DNA from: Candidatus Nutricula glyptotermitis
GTDB taxonomy: Bacteria; Actinomycetota; Actinomycetes; Actinomycetales; Bifidobacteriaceae
Length of the DNA: 23,173 nucleotides
Direction of reading: 5' to 3'
Assembly: GCA_031263495.1 (NCBI GenBank)
Contig: JAISFQ010000100.1
Span: 1 to 23,173 of the forward strand
In this document: piece by piece, positions 9,119 through 18,500 of the stretch
Numbering within the stretch: position 1 is the stretch's first letter
How the letters are laid out: each line of letters starts with the position of its first letter
Notes under the pieces: generated by a model
Told to the model about the DNA's origin: nothing
Seen by the model: only the letters and a program-made list of their open reading frames with translations
Database searches by the model: none
Program-made: the position numbers and the translations under genes

Positions 9119-10399
9119 ATGGCAGACGAAGACAATGAACTGGATGTGATTGATTATAAGGGCGCGAACGATACGTTTGTGTGGCGCTCGCCGATAACTG
9201 ATTTTAACATTGGGACGCAACTTATCGTTCACGAGGCGCAGGAGGCACTGTTTTTCGCGAATGGGCAGGCGCTTGACCTGTTTGGACCAGGCAGGCATAC
9301 TCTAACCACGGAAAACATACCGATGGTCAGGAACTTTTTCAACAAGGCGACTGGCGACAAAACACCCTTCAAAACCGAGGTTTACTACATCAATAAGGCA
9401 TATCAGCCGAACATCACATGGGGCACACCGCAGAAAGTCGAGTATAAAGACCCACAGATAAATGACCTGCTCAGCGTCGGTGCGTCGGGCGCGATTGGCG
9501 TGCGCGTTTCAGATTCTCGCAAGTTCATCATCAAGATTGTCGCGAACGAATACAGTTTCGATCAAGCACTGTTTGCGCAGAAGTTTAAGGACTTATACCT
9601 GCTCCCGAACATTAAAGAAGCACTAGTTAAGCCATTAATCAGTGGCGAATTCAGCGTCGTCGATATAAACTCGAAGTTAACAGAATATGGCACTCAGATT
9701 CGCACACTGATTGCACCAATTTTCGACGACTACGGGCTCGATGTGTTCGGGTTTTCGATTGCAAATATTGCATTACCGACCGAGCCTGCATTTGAACGCC
9801 TGAAGGAGATTATGTCCTTCGAATCACGCGCACTTTATGCCGACCAACAGGTAACTCTCGAACGAAAAGCACAGGAAAAGTTGGCGCAAGAAACCTACAT
9901 ACAAGGCAACGCAGAAACTGACGTAATCGCGCGCAGACAGCAAATGTTGGGCTACACTTATCAAGACGAAACGGCGCGTAAAGTTGGCGAGAAAATGGCG
10001 GAAAACGAAGCGAAAGGCGAGTATATGAACGCAGGAATTGGCTTGGGCATGATGGGCGGTGTAATGGGCGGCGTCGGCACGATGATGGGCAATGTCGTAA
10101 ATACTGCGATGAGTCCAACTAACGAGCAGAACCAAAATGTGCCACAAAACGCACAACAGAATGTACAGCAAAATGCGCCACAAGCAGGCGAAACGCCGAA
10201 TCAAAATATGCAAGGGGTTGACATAACTAGTCAAGTACCTGACAAACTACGTAAGGGGGTTACATATTCTGACGCGCCCCCGCCAAACAACTCGGCGTTT
10301 ACAGAAAAGTTGGACAAACTAGTCGCATTAAAGAACTCTGGCATACTGACTGAGCAGGAGTTTAATGCGCAAAAGGCAAGTTTATTGAAGGAGTTGTAA
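9119..10399 (+). CDS. SPFH/Band-7 (flotillin-like, COG4260/YdjI-like) protein with a Gly/Met-rich segment, a Q/N-rich linker and a C-terminal SHOCT domain
   Basis: 426 aa. The N-terminal ~250 aa have the SPFH-like beta/alpha pattern. The C-terminal EKLDKLVALKNSGILTEQEFNAQKASLL is a typical SHOCT motif. First gene of the operon. Confidence 0.7.
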   Translation: MADEDNELDVIDYKGANDTFVWRSPITDFNIGTQLIVHEAQEALFFANGQALDLFGPGRHTLTTENIPMVRNFFNKATGDKTPFKTEVYYINKAYQPNITWGTPQKVEYKDPQINDLLSVGASGAIGVRVSDSRKFIIKIVANEYSFDQALFAQKFKDLYLLPNIKEALVKPLISGEFSVVDINSKLTEYGTQIRTLIAPIFDDYGLDVFGFSIANIALPTEPAFERLKEIMSFESRALYADQQVTLERKAQEKLAQETYIQGNAETDVIARRQQMLGYTYQDETARKVGEKMAENEAKGEYMNAGIGLGMMGGVMGGVGTMMGNVVNTAMSPTNEQNQNVPQNAQQNVQQNAPQAGETPNQNMQGVDITSQVPDKLRKGVTYSDAPPPNNSAFTEKLDKLVALKNSGILTEQEFNAQKASLLKEL

Positions 10400-10400
10400 G

Positions 10401-11105
10401 ATGAATGACAAAAAATTGACTGGAAACCTGAACATCACGCTGATTGTGTCCGCAATCGTGCTGGTTGTGTATAACGTAATCGCGTTCGTGGTGCCGATTG
10501 ACAGAAATAGCAGTTTTTGGACTACCTACGCGTTCCAAATGATTGCGATTATTCTGTCCGCACTTGTCGCTTCGTACGCCACCAAAAAACCGACGCTGAA
10601 GTCGCTATACTTAGGCATTTCGCTGTTCTACGTCGCTATGCGCTATGTTATAACCGAACTCGTCGTCGGGACGCTGTTATTGCTACTGCCGACCGCTCTG
10701 AACTGGGTATCTATCATCGCGCAAGTGGTTATACTGGCTGTATTTTTGATATGCGTTATCGTTACAGACCGCGCGAAGGACGTAATCGAATCGACGGAAG
10801 CGCATATCGCGACGAAACGCCAGTTTGTGCAGTCAAACCTCGCAACAGTTGAAGGTTTAATAGATACGACTACTGACGATGAGTTACGGAAAAACTTACA
10901 GAACTTGGCGGAAACCATCAAGTTTTCAGACCCGATGAGCACAGATGATGTTGCCGAACTTGAAGAAATCGAAAGCGAGATTGACCGCGAGATTGTCAAT
11001 TTGCAAACTGCGATTCAAGCAAACGAAAGCACTGCAAAAGCACAAATTAACGACGTTGAACTGCTGTTTAAGAAGCGCAACAGACTGGTCAAACAGGCTA
11101 AATAG
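10401..11105 (+). CDS. Membrane protein with 4 predicted TM helices and a C-terminal cytoplasmic acidic coiled-coil (YdjH-like partner?)
   Basis: 234 aa. The ATG lies 1 nt after the upstream stop, with a strong SD GAAGGAG 8 nt upstream, which indicates translational coupling. Hydrophobic segments at aa 12-33, 40-60, 68-90 and 100-122. Confidence 0.7.
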   Translation: MNDKKLTGNLNITLIVSAIVLVVYNVIAFVVPIDRNSSFWTTYAFQMIAIILSALVASYATKKPTLKSLYLGISLFYVAMRYVITELVVGTLLLLLPTALNWVSIIAQVVILAVFLICVIVTDRAKDVIESTEAHIATKRQFVQSNLATVEGLIDTTTDDELRKNLQNLAETIKFSDPMSTDDVAELEEIESEIDREIVNLQTAIQANESTAKAQINDVELLFKKRNRLVKQAK

Positions 11106-11112
11106 GGGAAGT

Positions 11113-12630
11113 ATGATCGTCCAAACATGCAAAAAGTGTGGCGGAAACGTGGTTTTGGAGTCCGAAAACGTAAAAACGATCGGCATTTGCGAGTTTTGTG
11201 GCACAAGAACGACAGTCGCCAAAATCGACGAAGATCAGGCAATTGCGCTATATAATCGTGCGAATAAATACCGCGAGACCTGCGATTTTGAGAACGCGAG
11301 CGAGATATACGAAGAGTTACTTTTGAAAAACAACAGCAGTGCAGAAGCGCATTTCGGGCTCGTTTTGTGCAACTACGGCGTGGAATATGTCAAAGACGAT
11401 AGCACAGGAAAATATAAGCCAACTTTGCACACTGTAAACAGCACACCAATCGCGGACGACGTGGAATATAACGAAGCAATTCGCTTGTCAGACGGCGATA
11501 CTAGGGCGATTTATGAACGCGACGCGCGCGAAATTCAGAAGATTTTGGACAAATACTTAGCAATCGCAGCGTCCGAAAAACCTTACGACATTTTCATTTC
11601 ATACCGCCACAACGACGACCGCGGTTTGCCGACTTTGGACAGTGGAATCGCGCAAAAAATATACAAGGAACTCAAAAACAAGGGCTACAACGCGTTCTTT
11701 TCCAAAATATCGCTCGAGGACAAACTAGGTTCAGAATACGAACCATACATATTTTCCGCACTACTGGCTGCGAAAGTGATGATTGTCGTCGGTTCGAGTA
11801 ACGCAAACATGAACTCAAAGTGGGTCAAAAATGAGTGGCACAGATTCTTGGCGCAAACGATGAAAGACCACCAAAAACGCCTAATTGCGTGCTTTATAGA
11901 CATGGACGTATACGATTTACCGCGTGAATTTGCCGCACTACAATCACAGGACATGCGCAAAGTTTCCGCACTTGACGATTTGGTAACCAGTATCGACAAA
12001 ATATTTGGCAAGAACGACAGTGCGCACGTAAATGCGGGCGTAAGCGAGATAATCAGCACGTTTTCAAGCAGAAATGCAGAGTTGAAAGACCTAATCGAGA
12101 ATGGCTATGTTTACCTTGATCAGGAAAACTTTGGCTCTGCGACGCGCGAATTCAATCGTGCACTAGATTTGAAGCCGAACAGCGCCGATGCGTATTTGGG
12201 AATGGTGCTTTCAGATGCTCGCTCAAAAGACTTCGCCGAGTTCAAAAGCCTATTTAACTCTCGCTACATGGGGTTTTTGTACGAATCGACAGTGTTTCAG
12301 CGGTTTGTGCAATATGCCAGTGGTGCGCAGAGAAATGAGATTGTGGAGTTGCTGATTGGTAACGAAAAGCGTGAACTTGCGAAATATAAGTCGGTGCAAG
12401 ATGATGCAATCAATAGCGGTTTGGACGCACATTCAAAACTTGCAGATTATACGTTGAGCGAGATGACCGAAGTTAGCGAAAAGTATCAAAACAGCAACAT
12501 AAACGACAAAAATGCAGATAATGTGCGCGAAATCTTGGACAACGACGCATTTTATATCGACGAGTTGATAAGCGATTTGGAGCGCGATAATGAAAAGATT
12601 AAGCGCGATGTGCTTGCGGGTGATTGGTAA
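11113..12630 (+). CDS. Zinc-ribbon + TPR-like + TIR-domain protein with a C-terminal helical/TPR region
   Basis: 505 aa from the ATG at 11113. The track's 10945 start lies inside the previous gene. CxxC...CxxC (CKKCGG...CEFCGT) at the N-terminus. TIR signature KPYDIFISYRHNDD...AKVMIVVGSS...SKWVKNEW. TPR-like LDLKPNSADAYLGMVL. Confidence 0.75.
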   Translation: MIVQTCKKCGGNVVLESENVKTIGICEFCGTRTTVAKIDEDQAIALYNRANKYRETCDFENASEIYEELLLKNNSSAEAHFGLVLCNYGVEYVKDDSTGKYKPTLHTVNSTPIADDVEYNEAIRLSDGDTRAIYERDAREIQKILDKYLAIAASEKPYDIFISYRHNDDRGLPTLDSGIAQKIYKELKNKGYNAFFSKISLEDKLGSEYEPYIFSALLAAKVMIVVGSSNANMNSKWVKNEWHRFLAQTMKDHQKRLIACFIDMDVYDLPREFAALQSQDMRKVSALDDLVTSIDKIFGKNDSAHVNAGVSEIISTFSSRNAELKDLIENGYVYLDQENFGSATREFNRALDLKPNSADAYLGMVLSDARSKDFAEFKSLFNSRYMGFLYESTVFQRFVQYASGAQRNEIVELLIGNEKRELAKYKSVQDDAINSGLDAHSKLADYTLSEMTEVSEKYQNSNINDKNADNVREILDNDAFYIDELISDLERDNEKIKRDVLAGDW

Positions 12631-12633
12631 AAT

Positions 12634-13083
12634 ATGAAAGTAGCACTAGCGATTTTTGGTATTTTTGTAGCAATAGCACTTCTCGTGCAGTTTTGGTATG
12701 TCACGCTTCCACTCATTGCTCTATTTATCATATGGTGTGCGATAAGTGTGAAAAAAGATAATAAAGAAAAAAAAGAGGCTGAAGAACGAGTTACGGTAAT
12801 AGCGCGGAAGGAAAACATAACAAACAATAAAATTCAGCCAAACTTAGGTAAAATTGATGAGTTAATCAGTTTGAAAAAGCATTTGGTGCGACAGCATAAC
12901 ACGATAGTCGTCAACAAATATCACATTTTGGCACGCGAAGCAAACATCGATATGCTTGAAAATGTGCAGTCGGGAAGCACTAATAAACTTGGCGATATGC
13001 AACAACAAGTTCTTGATTTTACAGAAGTATCTGGCGAGGAAATAAGCGAAAGCAAGTTTGAAACTTTTCTGTTTAAGGTGTAG
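12634..13083 (+). CDS. Small membrane protein: 2 N-terminal TM helices plus a ~110-aa cytoplasmic domain. Candidate effector or anchor of the operon.
   Basis: 149 aa. The ATG lies 3 nt after the TIR gene stop. MKVALAIFGIFVAIALLVQFWYVTLPLIALFIIWCAISV. Confidence 0.6.
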   Translation: MKVALAIFGIFVAIALLVQFWYVTLPLIALFIIWCAISVKKDNKEKKEAEERVTVIARKENITNNKIQPNLGKIDELISLKKHLVRQHNTIVVNKYHILAREANIDMLENVQSGSTNKLGDMQQQVLDFTEVSGEEISESKFETFLFKV

Positions 13084-13130
13084 AATGCGTGAGCACTAAA
13101 CCGCTCTTTTGTAGGAAATAGTACAAGCGG

Positions 13131-13159
13131 TTGACACGCAGTTCAAAATGTGTTAGACT
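13131..13159 (+). promoter_or_regulatory. Candidate ssrA promoter: TTGACA (13131-13136), a 17-nt spacer, then TAGACT (13154-13159)
   Basis: Hexamers read directly. The precursor 5' leader would be processed by RNase P. Confidence 0.4.
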
Positions 13160-13201
13160 TAAATAGTACACTGTGATTATATTTGTAGTGAGCAAATTAT
13201 C

Positions 13202-13555
13202 GGGGATGATTGGCATCGACTGTATTATGTGATTCAGAGTAAGCGAGCGGAGAATGTGCCTAACTCTTTAAAATTGGTGCAAACTATAAGTGCAAACACA
13301 AATCGCACTGGTTATGCCCTAGCGGCGTAATCCGTCCGACTGATAATTTTGCTTTCGGTCATCAGTTGGGCGTCGTAACTAGAAAGCCACTGGTCATTTG
13401 TCATGTTGGTGGGCAAATGGCGAGACTTTAATCAACTTGGGTATGCTATTTCGTCTGTTTGAGACGCATACTTGAAACTTAACAAGCAGACTGCGCTCGG
13501 AGAAAGTTTTGATGAAGTAATTTGGGACCCGGGTTCGACTCCCGGCATCTCCACA
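13202..13555 (+). ncRNA. ssrA: tmRNA (SsrA), standard one-piece. Tag ORF 13292-13330 encodes ANTNRTGYALAA followed by a stop.
   Basis: 5' GGGGATGATTGGCATCGAC, compared with the E. coli GGGGCUGAUUCUGGAUUCGAC. The 3' T-arm GGGTTCGACTCCCGG plus CATCTCC-A pairs with the 5' GGGGATG through a G3·U wobble (AlaRS identity). The resume codon is GCA, and the tag ends ...YALAA-TAA. Confidence 0.9.
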
Positions 13556-13583
13556 TGTACTTCGCTGAAAAAGCAGTACTGGG

Positions 13584-13696
13584 GGATTCTAAGAAATTAT
13601 TTTCTTTTTCTCCTGTACCTTATGAGTAAATAAGCAATATGCTTATTTACTCAACGGTGAAGTCGAAAAAGCAAAATAATTTTTTAGAATCCCTGA
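13584..13696 (+). repeat. Long nested hairpin immediately 3' of ssrA. The outer ~21-bp stem is gggattctaagaaattatttt / aaaataattttttagaatccc. The inner perfect 12-bp stem is gagtaaataagc-aatat-gcttatttactc (13624-13652).
   Basis: Inverted repeats read directly. Possibly the ssrA terminator or an att-site remnant. Confidence 0.6.
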
Positions 13697-13799
13697 AGCT
13701 ACTTTATTCGCTCAGGGTTGAGTTCAGGTTGGGGGACTTTTTGTTTGGTTGTTTATGAATACCTTGGTTTAGCAGACGTGGGTGATGTTGCTTTGTTTT

Positions 13800-13848
13800 T
13801 TATTTGTCATCTAGGTAGTGTGCAAAGCACGCGACACGGGATCTGCAT
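13800..13848 (+). repeat. R2 element (ttgtcatctaggtag, a short hairpin, then gcgacacgggatctg). This copy forms a direct repeat with 14822-14870, and the pair flanks the tandem array.
   Basis: Sequence identity with 14822-14870 apart from the hairpin core. Confidence 0.75.
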
Positions 13849-13870
13849 TCAAGAACTGTAAGTTTATTCT

Positions 13871-14836
13871 CGCTCATACTCCACCTCAGAACCCCGCACA
13901 TACTCCCACTCTGAATTCCTGCGAAGGCAGGAATCTTAAAACTAGTGTGAGCGCATGCGAACACCATTAAATGCATTCGCTATTGCTCATAGGGTCAAAT
14001 GGGGTCAAATGCTCATTCGCATTTTCCTCCGCTGGGTCAAATGCTCAATCGCATTCTCCTCCGTTTCAAGAGTCCGCATCACGCTACACTTCGTTCCGCG
14101 GTGCGGAATTCAGAGTAAGAGTATTGCGTGGCATGTAAGAGTACTGCTTGTTACGTACGAATCGGAGTTCGCTTCGCTCACACTCTTACCCCCGCAACTT
14201 TTCAAAACAACTTCGCTTACGGGATGACAAGGTACTTCTTGCTAATACTCCACCTCAGAACCCCGCACATACTCCACCTCAGAACCCCGCACTCCGTTGC
14301 GGAATCTTAAAACTAGTGTGAGCGCATGCGAACACCATTAAATGCATTCGCTATCGCTCATAGGGTCAAATGCTCAATCGCATTCTCCTCCATTTCAAGA
14401 TTCCGCATCACGCTCGCTTCGCTTCACGGTGCGGAATTCAGAGTAAGAGTATTGCGTGGCATTAAGAGTACTCCTCGCTACGTACAAAAAGGAGTTCGCT
14501 TCGCTCACGCTTTTACCCGCGCAACTTTTCAAAACAACTTCGCATACGGGATGACAAGGTACTTCTTGCTCATACTCCACCTCAGAATTCCGCACATACT
14601 CCCACTCAGAATTCCGCACTTGTTGCGGAATCTTAAAACTAGTGTGAGCGTATGCGAACACCATTAAATGCATTCGCTAATCGCTCATAGGGTCAAACGC
14701 TCATCCGCGAGGGTCAAATGCTCAATCGCATTCTCCTCCATTTCAAGATTCCGCATCACGCTACACTTCGTTTCTCGGTGCTAAATTCAGAGGTGAAGTA
14801 CTGCGTGGCATTAGGAGTACTACCTTGTCATCTAGG
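13871..14836 (+). repeat. Tandem array, about 2.7 copies (periods 369 and 327 bp), of the composite modular repeat. Each unit holds 22-nt 'actccacctcagaaccccgcac' sub-repeats, a MITE-like palindrome (gcggaatcttaaaa...tttcaagattccgc) and a 'gggatgacaagg' inverted-repeat module.
   Basis: 'tactccacctcag' recurs at 13877, 14246 and 14573. The ORFs of the track inside it (e.g. the duplicated MRTPLNAFAIAHRVK... peptides) are repeat artefacts. Confidence 0.85.
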
Positions 14837-14870
14837 TAGCGCGTGAAACGCGCGACACGGGATCTGGCTT
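14822..14870 (+). repeat. R2 element, the second copy flanking the tandem array
   Basis: ccttgtcatctaggtagcgcgtgaaacgcgcgacacgggatctg. Confidence 0.75.
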
Positions 14871-15025
14871 CTTACTATGTAACGTACTTTCTCGCTAATC
14901 GCAGATCCCGCATCGCTTCGCTCGCGGGATGACAACTGTGGTGATGCATCGTGCATACTCGCTGAATTTGAGAAGTTAAAAGTGCAGACAGTGAACTTAA
15001 TGATGGGAAAAAATCTCACGAAATT

Positions 15026-15556
15026 TCATAAGTTCTTTGCGAGTATTTCTCCTTTTTCACGTTTAAGTTCTATTAATCTGGACTGCTCTGTGGATATTTG
15101 CTGTTCAAGGTTCTTAACCTTTGATACTATCTTTTCTTGAATGCGAAGTGGGGGAATTATGACAGTATATTCTAATATTTTTCTTTTATCTCCACGTGGC
15201 ATTTTTGTACCATTTGCGGTTTGCATTGCATAATTGAAAAACCTATCATCCATCAATAGGCGCATAATGAATAGTGGCAAAATATCTTTTGCATGAGATT
15301 CGTTCAATTGCAAAACTAAAACATCGCCACTCGCTCCACCAGAATTATTTGCAAACCAAATCTTTTTTAGATAAGGTCTGATGTTGCCAATCAGAATATC
15401 ACCCTCATTATACTTTGCGTAGTTGCCGTCTATGGGAACAAAGTTTGATTGCTGTTTTCCGAGTTTACCCTGTAGCAGATTATCAACTCCAACATAATTT
15501 TCAGGATTCAATTCTGCGGAACTTATTTTATTTCGGCTATAGTGTAGAATCTCCAC
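15026..15556 (-). CDS. HsdS-like target-recognition domain 2 plus conserved region (IIPPLRIQEKIV). It is the out-of-frame 3' continuation of the upstream R-M-S gene. As a separate ORF it would use a GTG start.
   Basis: 176 aa. The 'PPL..QEKI' conserved HsdS motif and the coiled-coil tail parallel the C-terminus of the upstream ORF (IPVPPIDVQEKII). Frame is +1 relative to the upstream ORF. Confidence 0.75.
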   Translation of the reverse strand: MEILHYSRNKISSAELNPENYVGVDNLLQGKLGKQQSNFVPIDGNYAKYNEGDILIGNIRPYLKKIWFANNSGGASGDVLVLQLNESHAKDILPLFIMRLLMDDRFFNYAMQTANGTKMPRGDKRKILEYTVIIPPLRIQEKIVSKVKNLEQQISTEQSRLIELKREKGEILAKNL

Positions 15557-15560
15557 TAAT

Positions 15561-18500
15561 TTATATTTTTGCCCCCCCCCCCCTTAAATTGTCCATTATA
15601 CTGGAGATTTGAGTGCTTAGGTCTGCGATTTGCTCTTTGGCAATTTGTTCTTGTTGCTCAACTTCTTCGTAATCAGCGATTATTTTTTCTTGTACGTCAA
15701 TTGGTGGCACTGGTATTTGTATATTCTCCACTGCACTTTGATTAATGCCTCCTTGTGCCGCTCCAGCTTTTGCATTACGTAAAAGAGCTTGTCCAGTTTC
15801 TGACAGGAGCATATAAAACAAATATTTTTGCAATACATCCGAATTCTCTCTTACACGCAATATAAATATATGCTCATTGACCATGACTTTTTCATTAGCA
15901 AACTCGTTCCTTACAAGTGCCACTTTCCCTGTTTGTGCACCATCTTTACAGATTAAAATATCGTTTACCTTCAACTTTGCGCTTTCTTTTGCACTTTTAT
16001 AATACTCATGTGGCACATATTTTGGTGAACTTAAATTGATATACCCCGAAGTACTGTCGATATGTTCACCTCCGATGCTTAAAGCACCATTTTCTATATT
16101 CTTGACACCACCTTTAGGTCTACTCCCACTTATAGGCTTGTCCGTTAAAAATTGCCCGATTGCTTTAAGGGGGTACTCTGTATTCCAGTCAATTTTCTCA
16201 TTTGCTCCGACTCCACTTTCATTAGTCAAGTTAATCACTTTATGAAAAACAGGTGTCTGCCAATCAATCATGTCCTCCAAGTAATTGACACTGACGTATT
16301 TTTCTAAATGCTTGGGTATATTTACCGTTTCGCCATTGAAGTTTTTGCGAATCAACCCATTGATTGTTCCTGTTCCCAAATATAAATTGTCGGGGTCAAA
16401 CAGTGGAGTTTGAATTTGGCTTATATCTCCTGCGAGAATTCCAATTCCCTCGTTCCCTTTGCGATTTGACCAGCCATAACCTAGAAATTTTTCTGCAGTA
16501 TCTCCGGTTTTCTCAGAAGGCGTTTTAACTATCAAGACAGGGCATGGGTTGTTTTTTGCAAGCATAAAACAGAGCAAACGCTCTTTATGCGTTTTGTTTG
16601 CAAGGACTTTTTTTGACGTCAATTTAACTTTTTTGCAATATTGCTGAAAAAGCTTTTTGTCTCTGAAAACTGAACTTTCAATTTTTTTGTCATTAAACCA
16701 TTTCTCTACACGATTTTTATACTGATCATAGCTAGAAGGGTTGTCAGACTTCTTTCTAAGGAATAGAGTCGAAGTGACCACACCAGTTTTTCCAAAAGTA
16801 GTAGCACCTGATTCAAAGATTGCGATAATGTCAAAATTCTTAAGCAATATATTTCTGCCTTCGATAAAGATAGTTTCATGGCTGTTTAAGATAGAAATAG
16901 GCAAAATGACAGTTGCGACTCCACTAGGTTTAAGTAATTTGGCGGCTTTTTCTAAGAAAAACACTTCAATATCGTCATTAGTCGGGACGTGTTTTTCTTT
17001 TAGTGCGTTATTGTATGCATCATAGTTTTCTCGGTAATCTTCAATTGTTTCAAGAAATCCTTTTACTGAATAAGGAGGGTTTGCAATCAAAACGGAAAAC
17101 GAGTTGTCTTCAATGCCGTTAACATCCGTTAATGCATCCGCATATTTTATTTTGATTTCTTTTTGCCCATACATGAGAGCGGAAACTTTTGCCACCTTCG
17201 CTAGACGACTTTCTTTCTCAATCCCATAGATTTCAGAATAATGCTTACTCAACTGTTTATCATCATCTACATAATGTGCAATTTGTGTTGCATATTCATT
17301 CAGAAAATGTCCTGCACCACATGCATAATCAATCACTTTTGGAATTTCATTTTGCTCAATAATTTCTTTTAGTGGCAACGAAGATACTAAGAAGCGTACG
17401 ATTGGAGTTGGTGTGAAAAATTGCCCTTCACTTTGCTTTACGCCATCATTCAAAAAGTTTTCAAAAAAATCACCTAAGAATTGATGTGACACTTTGGATG
17501 TAATCTGTAAATCTTCTAACATCTCAACCACCTGTATAAGAATCTCAGCATTTTGCTCAAAGAGAACTTCATTGTAAACGTCTAAGAACGAAAAATAGTT
17601 GTTAGAATAAAATCGCAGTCTGTCGAACTTTTCTTGAATTTTATCAAGTGTTGCATCTGGATCTGTTTTGACGAACTTAAAAGCGTCACGGACTTCTTCG
17701 CGACTCACATACTCAACTTTCTCGGACATGTGCTCCCACATCCCTTTGCGGTATAATTTCTGCAATCTATCAAATAAATCTTTCCGATCGTCAAATGCGA
17801 TAGTGTGCCAATAGAAGTCTAACTTCTCTTTATTTTCTGCACTTTCGATAACCTCTAGTTCATCAACCACTTTTGCGAGAAGTAAATTCAACAACTTATC
17901 AAAAGCGTTTTCTCTACCAGATACATTATACTTTCGTAAAATCTCACGAAAAGTATGGTATTTTCTAGCGAGAATGCTCGCGAAATTAGGAGTGTTGCTA
18001 GAATTGAGTAAATCATTAATACTGACAAACTTTTTGCCGACATTAAAAGGCTCTATATCTTTTTCAAACATCCCCATTGACGAGACAGCTCCACGATACG
18101 TCCCCTGCCAAACTTGATATAATTCGCGACTATTATTTGATAGCGCATATGATTCCGCCTGCTTATTGTCATTGAGATAGGATTCGTTGTCGTTCAAGAT
18201 TACCAATTGATATTCTCGTGATAAATCATAATTTTCAAATACCTGTTCATTGATTTTACTCTCAGATGTTTTAATGAAATCCGAAGTGTATAAGACTAGG
18301 TTTGGAAAACGGCGTTCACCATTTTCATCGGTATGTCCGAGAACTTGTGCATAATCAAAAAGTTGCCCACCAGACATTTCAAGTCTTTTTTTTGCCTTTC
18401 CGTACTCTTTTCCTGGCGTTTTGCATTCAATCAGAGCAAAACAGTTATCGTTTCTGTCTGATATGCGAATGTCTGCCCAGTTTAGCTTATTTGTTTGCAA

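Noticed and set aside
10945-11112. Track start at 10945 for the TIR protein
   Set aside because: That extension lies inside the preceding membrane-protein gene in another frame. The first sensible start after the upstream stop is the ATG at 11113.
13955-14667. Several 60-113-aa ORFs (MRTPLNAFAIAHRVK..., MACKSTACYVRIG...) in the tandem repeat region
   Set aside because: Near-identical peptides recur with the repeat period and sit inside palindromic modules. They are generated by the repeats and are not genes.
13800-14870. Possible CRISPR array
   Set aside because: The repeat period is ~330-370 bp with modular internal structure. There are no short direct repeats with unique spacers and no cas genes.
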